From contig NMRA01000046.1 in assembly GCA_002633005.1 (NCBI GenBank), forward strand, positions 386,266 to 450,265: a stretch of 64,000 nt of DNA, written 5' to 3'. Numbering within the stretch: the stretch's first letter is position 1; each line of letters begins with the position of its first letter. Position numbers and translations under genes: made by a program. Below, one piece after another: positions 37,001 to 49,000 of this stretch. This DNA comes from Phoronis australis (Eukaryota; Animalia; Phoronida). The notes beneath the pieces were generated by a model. The model saw only the letters and a program-made list of their open reading frames with translations, had not been told where the DNA came from and searched no databases.

Positions 37001-40000
37001 CTGACTTTTAACTGGCTTTTAACTGGCTTTCAACTAACCCATGCCTGGGTATTTATAGTCTCTTACAACTTTCTAGAACAGTTCTCCAAGTCAAGCACAT
37101 TCTATAACTTTCCAGGATCTGCCCAATCACTCCACAAACATGGCTTTGACATGTTCCAAACTACATTGAAGCCTAACTTCAACAGAATTTTGTTATTTTA
37201 GATGTATTGGGCTAACCAGATAGTCCTAGCAAAGCCTTAGTAAAATAAGAAAACGCGAGTTCAATGACACAAGTGTAAGTTTGTCAAATGATAGGTGAAG
37301 CTGCCTTTTTGTGCCATGTTGCGTCACCACGAGATCCCAGCACAGACATCCAAAGGCCGAAAACAGTGTTGTATTGAATAGGGGTCTGAATAGAACACCA
37401 TTGCGTGCCGGTGTTATTCGCAGCTGTTTGAATTAAAAGGTGATTCTCACGGTGACGTAGGCAAAAGCAAGCCAATACGCCCAACAATTCGTTACATTTG
37501 GCAATTTATGGCACTAGTTGGCTCAGAGCGATGCTCTAAACATGCTGCAGGGACCAAATTTACAGATGTTACCGTTGAAGATAGGCTTTACTAACATACT
37601 GGAATCTTCTAGAATGTTCCCTGCTATTCTATTGTAAACCTAATTATACCATTACTGGCCTGACCTCATGGGTCATGTCAATGAAGTGCTATCTGTTAGT
37701 AATCAAATCTAAACAGTAACATTAAAAACTACAACTTTTTTCAGACGAGTGTACTTCTGACATTTACGCGACTTTTTCTGAAAAATATTTAAATCTTACT
37801 TTAGCACAAGTACAAAGTCTCGTAGAATATATCCATACCACTGTATCTTTCTGGGATAATCTATTTATTTAATTATTTCTAGGCTGTGATGTGCTAATGA
37901 CTAGACTTTTATTCAATAATTGTGAAGTGGGCGCCAAGTTTTGGTTAAGTCACGTTTTCTGAAACAGATCAGAGTCTTCATGGAAAGTTTGATTCACAAA
38001 TTCTGGTAAATGTGCTTTCTATGTCAAGAATGGCGAATATGCTTAACAACCTTGTCAGTTAATCCTAGGTGACATATTGTGTCTTTCATAAATAATATGA
38101 AAGTACGCTCTCAGCTTACTGAATTATCAATATGTAGTTTCTGTGTTTTTTCCATAAAAAATAAAATGAGTTTTATTTTCGTGCAATACCACTGTGTTTT
38201 CTTTCAGTTGGTGTTCCATTGAAAGTGACCACAGTCATCACTGGACTGGGTGAAGCTACAGTAGAGAGTGATTTCTATGTGGCAGTGGCGCCCTCTCTCA
38301 CAGACTTCCATCCACAGCAGGGCTCTTTGTTGGGAGGAACACAGTTGACTATTACAGGTAATTTCTTCTTAGTATTAAGACTGAATTGAAAATCCATATC
38401 AGACTGTCCTCGACTATTATTTAAACTTCAAGGGAACTATACATTGAGACTTGTGAAATAATTGACAATTGTAATGTGCAGTGTGAACTGTTATATTTGG
38501 CACTGCATTCAAACTCACGCTTTTGTTGTGGGTCCCAATTTCAGGTAGTGGATTTTCTGAAGAGATGACTATACTTCTTGGAAGCTCTGGCAGTAGCTGT
38601 AGAGTTACCAGTGCTAACTACACCAGTGCCCTCTGTGTGACCACTTCAGGAAGTGAGAGTCCAGTCTCCATCTCTGTACATGTAAATGGACTCACACACA
38701 CTGCCGCTGGACAGTACTCATTCACAGATGTAGCCACACCCAAGGTTCTTGCTGTAACTCCAAACACAATATCAGCACCCAACAGCATCCTAATGATTAC
38801 TGGTGAAGGATTTAATGGCAGTCTAGAGGACATTAGTGTCTCTCTTGGAAGTGCAGTCTGTACTGTTTTGATTGCCAACAGCAGCCATATTGAATGCAAG
38901 ACTCAAGATGTGGTTGTTGGAGGTTACGCCGTCAAGGTCATCATTGGAAGACTGGGAAAGGCAGCTTGTCCAAATGTAAGTTAGCACAAATTTTGCTTCC
39001 ACGTTTATTGAGAATACATGGTGGTGAGTGCTAAGTCACCAGATTCTCTGAAGTTTGTTAAACAATTGTGCTGTTCACACTGTATTACATAATGGCTGTG
39101 ACTGTGTTTCCGTAATGCAGCCTTGATCATATTAAATAGTTACATTTTTACCTAATTAACATTTACAGTTCCCAGTGTTTAGCATAATACTTGTAATTTT
39201 CACAGCCATCTTCCTGCCAAGTGACTATCAACCCAGTAATATCCAGTATGTCACCCAAACTTGGTAGCACCAACGGTGGTACAAGACTGACCATCACTGG
39301 TCTTGGCTTTGATAACACGTCCACCAGAGTGTCAGTTGCTGGACAGCTATGCAAGATTGTGAGGTAAGTTGTCTACTTAAGAGATTGCTGAGAATGTAAA
39401 TATTTTGAAATATAAATATATTACATTCATCTTGTCAAATGTTTTGCTGAACTTCATTTAAGCATCGTCAGTGACTGTACAACCAATAAATGATTCCACC
39501 ACAAATTTTTGAGTGCAGCAGCTCAGAGACTAAATCCATCTGGTAAGAACCACACAACACGCAATAACATCATGTCCACAGGTGTAGCTGCACTGATGTA
39601 GCATTACTGTTTAAAGAGTATTGTCTGAGCCTTTTGTCCGTGGATCATAATTGACTCTTTGGTATTAGTTTCAGTGATAAAGAGTCATGTGTTAGCATGT
39701 GTATAGTCAACCTCGTGTTTACTCTATGTGCTGCTGTTATTGTATTTTGTGTGAGATGATTTACTGTATCTTGCTGTGGAACCGTTTGTTGGTTATATAG
39801 TCACTAATTATGCTTCACAATGTCTTTTTATAAATATGAAATTTGTTCTTGTGAAAAGTTTTGTTGTTTTTTCTATTAATAGCATGACCAAAAACTGAAA
39901 TTGTGTTGTCTCCTCGTGAAGAGTTTTTCATTTTCAGTTTATTGTGGGCTTAAGTCAAACAATGTTCGGATAGTGTCCTTTCATGTTTGTCTTCATCAAC

Positions 40001-43000
40001 CTTTTATGGTATTTTGCTTAGTTATTTACTTGTGAGTTTCAAATCAGGTGTTTTCTGCATTGGGTCTGACCCATGCAACACGCGCATGTTTGAACGCAAT
40101 ATAGGCATCAGACTGCCTAAATTTGTCATCTCTTTTACTGATATGAGTAGTTTTACCATTTTGTCCACAGACTATGATCTTCCATCATACACTATTGAAG
40201 GCAAACACGTTTGTTGAATTAATTAGTGCCCAGGCAACTATACCTCAGATGCTTTTGAGCTGTTGCGTTTATTTTGTTTAAGATTGGACTCCTTTATTGC
40301 TCTCAGGCATTGTTGTCCAATTCATTAGAAATCCACAACCTGTTGTATGTAACTGTAGTTTTTAGTGTTTGTCAATATGTGAGTGTGTTGGTTAATTGGC
40401 TCAAATTAGAATAGCAGTATTTTAAATAAGTAAGGGATGAGTATTCTAACCTGTATCCTATAAATGAAAGCATCAAAGTTTTGAGACATCCTATTGAGAT
40501 AAGAAAATTCATACTTAAAGGTGAAGGCAACCTTTTTTCATGTCATTTTCAGTAAAAATAAGATTCGTTGATTATCCCAGACATATTTTTCAGTTAATTA
40601 CAGGTTTTCGTAATTTAATTAATTACTCTTCTCCTACTCTGGAAGTGACGTTTTGTTATTCAGGAATTTCGCGCCACTTGCTTTTTATGCGCCCACATAT
40701 TTATATGTGGACGCATTATGCCGTCATCTCCGTCTGTCCGTCCGTCCGTCCGTCCGGGCGGCGTCCGGTGTCCGACGTCCGGCGTCCGCTGCTCTATCTC
40801 CAAAACCCTTTGACATACTTTCATGAAATTTGGCACATATGTTCCATTCATGAATGGGACGGCATGTGCGAACTTTCGGATGGATCCGACCACCGGTGTG
40901 CCCCCTTGTGGCAAATTTAGCTTTTTACGCTTACCTTTGTATCTTCAAAAGTCCTGAACGAATTTTCATGAAATTTGGTATGTAGGCACCTATTAGCGAG
41001 ATGACGCTATCCTCCTGTTTTCACATGGATTCGACATAGTTTGCGCCACCTAGTGGCCATTTTTAGTGTTTTCGAGTCTGTTTTTGTGCGTCCACCCCTC
41101 TATCAACCAAACCGCTCGAAGGATGATTGTGAAAATTGGCATGTATATGCTTACTATGTAGAGGACGGTTGACGATGATTTTCCGACGATTTCGACTACT
41201 GTGGCGCCTCCTAGTGGCAGTTTTGTTTTTTTGCGCCTATGGCTGTATCTCCTAAACCGTTCGCAGGATCTTTACAAATTGTGTAAGTATATTTATATGA
41301 TGTTAACAACGGAAGATGACGACTTTTGGTCGGATCCGACTACCGGTGTGCCCCCTAGTGGCAATTTTAGTTTTTTACGCTTACCTTTGTATCTTCAAAA
41401 GTATTGAACGGATTTTCATGAAATTTGGTATGTAGGCACCTATTAGTGAGATGACGCTATCCTACTGTTTTCAGATGGATTCGACGTAGTTTGCGCCACC
41501 TAGTGGCCATTTTTACTGTTTTCGAGTCTGTATTTTTGCGTCCACCCCTCTATCAACCAAACCGCTCAAAGGATGATTGTGAAAATTGGCGTGTATGTGC
41601 TTACTATAAGGAAGACAGCTGACAATGATTTTCAGACGATTTGGACTACTGTGGCGCCTCCTAGTGGCAGTTTTTTTTTTTTGCGCCCATGGCTGTATCT
41701 CCCAAACCGTTTGCAGGATCTTTACTAAATTTAGCAAGTGTATTTATGTGATGTTGACAACGGACGATGACGACTTTAGGATGATTCTGACTACCGGTAT
41801 GCCTCTAGTGGCAATTTTAGTATTTTACATTGACCTCTGTATTTTCATAGGTCTTCAGGTGTATACTTTGTGTTACTTCGTGACTATGAAGGAAAAGTTC
41901 CAAGTAGAAATTTGTTTCTGGCATTCTAATGCTGTGCTAATCTCGTATGTTGGTAAATTTGTTTTTAATTCTATGTTTCTGTGGTGCTTTAAGCAACTGA
42001 TGTATAGGATGTGCTTGTATTATGAAGATCACTCACATTTTGCCCCTAGCCTATTGAGGAGACAATGACCATGCCTTTCCATTTTGCAAAGTACAACATA
42101 CTACATATATGCCCTCTACTGGCCACTTTATGGTACCAATAAACAACCCTAGAAGGATACCGTATACGGTGCAATTGTGGGCGCATTTCAACGCTCTGCG
42201 TTGCTCTTGTATATAGTCTGACTGTGTGAGTTGTCAGTGAGTCATTGCTGTACCTCGGTTGTGATAAGTTCGATCGTTCTTTGCTTTTGTTTACGAGTCA
42301 GTCAACATGCCACACAGTTGCTGCGTAGTGGGATGTACTCATTATTGTCTCACGCGCACTCTGGTTGTACCATTACGTCGCTTTCCGAAAGATGATGCAC
42401 TTGGCCGTACTTGGCTCGTTCGTTAAAAGAACGCAGTGTTACCGTCCAAACAACATACAAAGCAGTGGAGAATTACTGAGTGTGTGGCAAGCATTTTCTG
42501 CCGTCGGATTACAAAAGAGATATGTACGCTAAATTGATGAAGGTCTCTGCGAAACAACGCCTGAAAAAGGGTACCATACCGTCGCTATTGATTCACGGCA
42601 GTGCCCCATCGCCACCCCCGAGAAGTGCATTTTTGAAGTGAGAAGCCTCGCGAGTTGTGGCCACTACAGTGACTGGAGGCACTTCATCTACTGTCACTCG
42701 TGCCTCCGAACGTGCCCAAGAGCATGCAATTGTGGAAACTAGCAGTGATTCGCCATGTGCTGTTGTCTCTAGCCCAGAGCAGCCGTGCAGTGATGTTGAG
42801 TAATGAGAGTGAATACAGGCCTAGTTCGACACCCAGTGAGGAGGACAGTTTGTGATCCAGTGAACAGGCCGGTGAACCAAGTTTATTATGGACTTGTCTA
42901 AAGTGTTGGAGCTATTTAGAAGGCGCCAGGTGTATATACATGTGGCGAGGGAGTCACATGGCTGTATGCAAGTGATTTGGGTGCTCAGGTAACCATCGAA

Positions 43001-46000
43001 TGGAAACAGCATAGGCATTTCATTGAGGTTGGCATAACAGTGCACACCGTGCATTTGCACGAAGACGTCCCACCATGTCTGTCCTTAGTCTCTGCCTCAT
43101 TCCTCTCAACAGCTGCCTGTGCCTGTGCGTACTCTGCCTCATTATACTCTGGCTCAAAAATACACCCACCCACTGACTGTTCGTGAAAAAATTCCTCGTC
43201 ACCACTGCTATGAACAATGTCTCCATCACTCACGCATGGGCGGCACACCTTAGGGGACTGGGGAGGCTATAGACCCACTTTTTTCAGAGCTGCTCTGCCC
43301 ATATCATGTCAGTACGGTCACTGTGATATGGGTCACCGATACCAGGCATTTTTAAGTTACTACAAACTAAACAATCCCTAAATCCAACGTAGTTGAGTTC
43401 TCTAACAACCTAGCTTGTCGTAGAGTACTCATCGATGGGAAGTGGTGACGACAATTTTAGAAAAACAGCACGAAAACAACAGTAGTACAGATGCTCACAG
43501 TAATTTAGAACGTAGAACCAAATTGGCATGTATTTCTTGACTCCCTAAACATCTCTTCCGGAGTAGTGGACGAATAATTTATTAAATTACGGGCAGCTGT
43601 AATTAACTGAAAAATATATCTGGGATAATCAATAAACCTTATTTTTACTATAAATGACATGAAAAAAGGTTGCCTTCACTTTTAAGTCAACTGCCTTCAG
43701 CTTGGTTAGTGATGTTACTATCGTTCTGGCCAATAGGTGACATTTTAACCAGGCGGCGCAGATAGTGTCCTGACCTCGATGTTGCGCCGTCTGGTTAAAA
43801 TGTCACCTATTGGCCAGAATGATAGTAATACCACTAGCCAAGTCGAAGTCCGTAAGAGACGGACGCAATGTTGCTCACTTAAGTAAGCAAATTCCAGTAT
43901 TTGACTTATAGGTATCATCTAAATCTTGTTTTGATTTAATCAAGTATCCCTAGTTGTTTGGTAGACTTCCATTTTGAATCCTGTTCATTTGATGACTTTA
44001 TTCTTCTTACATTTCAGCGTCTCCTCTACTCAAATAATTTGCCTCACTCCTGGAACAAAGAACCGATTGAAAAGAAGTGATTCTACCACTATTCTCACCA
44101 TCCAGTCTAACTCCAACAATTACCCACAACAGGTTAATTAAGAATTATTGACTTTGTCTCTCACGAGTTTGGTAATTGTTTCTACAGTGGTGGATCACAT
44201 TCATTTTGCTTAACTTATTGTAAAATCTAATTTAATATGCAATTGAAATTGCCCATAATGTTACGTAGACTACCAATTGGCTTTGTTTATCTGCACATTT
44301 ACTCAACTCAGTGTCGTAGTAATGTAGACTGTTTCCCTAGGACTATGAATACAGTGCTTCAGCCACTCCTGTTGTGAACTTTGTGACCCCAAGCAAGGCC
44401 AGGCCAGGAGAGACGGTCACCATCTCTGGTTCAGGCTTCAGTGATGATCATGACAGCAATGGAGTGATGTTTGGTAGGTATCAGTATTGATTCACATTAT
44501 TGAATTTATTTCACCAACTAGTGTAGTTACTGCTATTACTGCTGTTGATTGTATGTGGAACTGTCTTCCATTTTACTTTTCTGTTGTTTCTATGGGTGTG
44601 AATGAAGTTAGCTCAGCCTACTGCGCATTGTACTATGAGTTTTGTGAATACTATTTTATTTATGAATGACTGAGTGCGCTCAGGTCGCTGAGACCGAGCC
44701 CGCGTTATTTGCACTCTTGCGAATATTGTCACACTGGTCAGATGTGTTCTAGTCACTGCACGAGTCTCACCACGTCATTAAGGTAACATTTACTGTCATT
44801 TGCATTTTGTTTGCAGTTTTGCCTTTAATGCGTTCTACTTTGCGAATTATGTGTCCATGAACTGTTACTGAATATTTTGCGTCTTCCAATTCACGGACAG
44901 GTGGACAGACACACATATCAAATATAATGCGTTGCAAAATAAAGCTCCAAAATGTCCCATGCAACATGTTGTTTGACTCGCATGCAACTATAATGGGAAA
45001 CACGTTGTGTTGTGACCTCCTCCAGTAGTTCTGAGGTACAATGTACAGCTGGACCACACCTGGCTGTGCATGTACCTGTACAGGTAGATGGGACTTCACA
45101 TTGTCTTCTGCATGTTTCCAGGTGATACACCTTGTGTTGTGACCTCTTCCAGCAGCTCTGAGGTACAATGTACAGCTGGACCACACCTGGCTGGGCGTGT
45201 ACCTGTACAGGTAGATGTGATGGGACTTGGTCTTGCTTCCTCTTCACAGATGTTTGAATATGAGCTGGCAGTTGATACAGTTTCACCTACTACAGGTAAA
45301 CACTCGTTTGTTAAAGTCACTTAACAATTTCATCAGGATTACATGATGAGATAACAGTAGAAATTTCTCCTAAAAATCCAGGAAATTATCCGTTAAATGG
45401 CAGAAGTTTTTAAAAGTCGATGCTGACTGCTTCCTTCCTCAGTGTGACCCTGTGACATAGTGGGGGTCAAGATGACTTCATTGACGTGGGAAAGTTTAAA
45501 TGCGCCATCATCTCTGTTCATGACATTGGATTCCTTTCTAATGCAGATGGATTCCCTTATCCTTCGGATGCTATGGAGAATTGTAGTGGTGTTTTTTGTA
45601 ACATTTCTTGGGCTTCGTGCAAAGTGTTTATATAATGGTGAAACTGGTAGAAATGTTGGTTATAGAATGGCTGAACATCATGAAGACCAGATATAGAGCT
45701 TTCATCAGGTCGCGCAGGAAAGCAACTCTCATTGAATTTAACAAATCAACTATCACTAATCACGCAAGAAAAAACAATTGTGTGATTGACTAGGAAAGTG
45801 CAAAAATAATTGATATTGAAAGTGACTCTAGAAAAAGAAGAATGAGGAAATCCACTGCATAAGAAAAGAATCCAATGTCATGAACAGAGACGATGGCACA
45901 TTTAAACTTTTCTGCGTTTATGTCATCTTCTTGACCCCTACTGCATCACAGGGTCACACTGAAGAAGGAAGCAGTCAACGTCGACTTTCAAAAACTTCTG

Positions 46001-49000
46001 CTGTTTAATGGTCAATTTCCTGGATTTTTAGAAGAAATTTTTACTGTTAACTAGTTTGTTAAAGCTGTATTATTGATTCCTGCTTAAGTAAAGTGTCTAT
46101 TATGATGGGTATCTCATTTCACTCATTGGCGAATGTCAGATGTTTTGATTTAAATTTGAGATACTTGACAAAAAATTTGTTTTGAAAATAAAGGCTTGTT
46201 TTTTATGGTTATACTGTAGTCAGAGCTCATAGGTTTTATTTTTGGTTTTACTGCTTTAATCCTTATTTCGAGTTATCTTAGGTTGAAATTGGCCAATTTT
46301 GAACTGCCAAAGCAGTACTCAATGTAGCATTAAGGTTCACTATGTTCTTATATGGTTGAGCATGTTGACCGATTCAAACTCTGCATCACTTTGAAAGATA
46401 ACAGGTTCATGACTATATTTTTGATTGCGAATGCGGCAGTAAAATGAGGCTTTATATATAAGTACCCAGGCATGTAGAGAGTGGACTTGATGAAAATGGC
46501 CCTATTTGCAGGGAACTGCTATGAAAAAGTCACCCATTTTGTATAATAGTTTTGTTCTAGAACCACCAGCCTTTTGTATGGGTTATATTCCATATACGCA
46601 TAACCTTTAAACCGAAAACACTTACAAAGATGTGTCAAAAAGTAATATATCTTTTGCTACCTAAGATTTAAAAAGTGATGTAGATTACCTATAAACCTGT
46701 CTGCAGATTTTTGTAGTTGGAAAAGGTATCATTTGTGAACCTTCTGTAGGGTCGCATTAGGAAAGGGCACCTTTTTAGGGAAACTGACATTTCCCGACCC
46801 CCTTCTGTGGGAATAGCCCCAGTGACTGTTGTACTTGATGGGACTTCGACTTAAAACCCTTGCCACCCCGTGGTGGATAGGACCTCTGTGACAATTGCCA
46901 TCGAATCCTGTTGTTCGCCATCTGTCTTATTTGCTGCATGTTGTATCCGGTTTCACGGAGTTCAGCTTCCATTGTCCTCCTCCACGTTCGGACTGGTTTG
47001 CCTCATTGACGACTTCCCTGCGGGTTCCAGGACAGGGCTTGTTTTGTGATGCTTTCGTCAGCTTTTCTGAGGGTGTGTCCCACCCACCTCCATTTTCGCC
47101 GCTTTATCTGTGTCTGTGATAGGAGAATGGTGATATTTTCACAATCATGTTAACTGCAAACCTTGTTTACAGATGATTATGATTTGTATTTTGCTTGGTG
47201 ATTGCAGCAGTTTCCATTACAGAATGTTTTCTTTCACTGTTGTTAAAATACTTTGAGTAAAGTGCTCTTAGACTGTTTTCAGTGGATTTTAAGTACTACA
47301 CCAACTAGCATAAAACATACATATTAGCATTCGTTTGTTCTTTTATGCAGGTGGGTTTGGAGGTGGTTCGCTCCTGACGTTGACTGGCAGTGGATTTGAC
47401 CCAGTGAGCTCTGTTGTGTCCTTGTGTGATGAAGTGTGTGCCCTCGTCAGTGGGACATCCACTAGTCTGCAGTGTTTAGTACCCGCCCAGACAGGTAAAG
47501 TTGGCACCAAGGGCACGTCCACTAGTCTGCAGTGTTTAGTACCTGGCCAGATAGGCAAAGTTGGCACCAATACTAAAGTGTCATCTGTAAATGGATACCA
47601 ACTGGACTATTAACAGAAACAACTTTCCTATCTATGTCTCAGAAAGAAACAAAAATGTTCTGCAACCCTCGATCGCCAACCCTCTAAAGTTTGTAGGGAA
47701 ATCTAAAAACTCCTTTCAAATTCTGCTAAATGAGCAAGCGCGGCCTGCACTTTTAGCTAATTGTGGGAATACACCACACACCAAGGACCATAATTTCCAA
47801 TCTATGATGTTGGGAGTATGAGTTTTTAATAACTTGGAAGATTGACGCCAGTGATGACAGGAGGTGACATAACGAGGATTGGTAGAAATCATGAAAACAG
47901 ATTTTGGTTTGCTTTTAAAATGTTATACTATTAAAATGCTGAAGTCATCTTGTAGTGCTCGAACACCAAGGCTTACAAGTTATTTAGTATTAGAAGTTAT
48001 TGATACTTACAATGTTGTTAACTAGAAATGCAGACTTGCTCTCAGCCACAGTCGTAGCAGAATTGCCTGTGATGTGTACATAATGTGGTAGTACGTACCA
48101 AAAGTAAGTGGATACAACCTGTTTCCCCTCGTGACGGGTATGACCCATTATTCCAGCTTTTCAGGCAGCAAATTCCACTTGACCTTCTTGATGCAATATT
48201 AGTGTGCACTATTAGTGTGGTGTGCACTATTAGTGTGGTGTGCACTATACTGTTGGATTATATGTTATGTTTTTGCTGAAGATCTGTTCCATTCTTGAAA
48301 TTGAAAAATAAGAAAATTTGACATTAACAATATGAATAGGGATCACTACTGACTCCATTACTGTGTGTTCGTAGAGTAGATATCTTGTTATACCATTTTA
48401 CGTCATGTGACCTTGTATCCTTGTATGAGTTTCAAGGCTTGACAAATATTGTATTATCCATGAACATTTTTATTATTTAGGTTCAGAGAACAAAACTTGT
48501 GACGTCGTTGTGAAGTTGCCAACAGGAATGTTCACTAACAAACAAGCCTCCTTCCATTATCAGAAGTCACTCACTGCCACGCTCATCTCTGTCACTCCGA
48601 CAAGAGGGGGTACTGCTGGTGGGTCAAAGGTCATAGTTACGGGCTCAAACTTTGGGTACGTGTTGCCTATTTTTCTTAACTGGGATTTCCTAAACAGTCG
48701 CCTGGGGGGCTCATTCAGGAGCTTTCCGTTTCCTGAAGTACATTTATGTCCAAAAAGCTTCCCGAAGGGTATTTTGAAAGAAACTGGATTTTTTTTCTTA
48801 ATTTTGTGAATAGATGTGGGGAAGAAGGTGACTACATATGAGAGTGGAAATTTCCATTGTTCATCAAATGACGTGTATTCATGATTATTGCTGGCTTTAA
48901 GAGTTCCAATTAGAGTAAAAGTTTGAATTTATTATCTTATTAAGTGGGAATGGTATCCATGTTTTGAGCAAAGTATTAAGGTGTCGATGCGAATCAGAAA

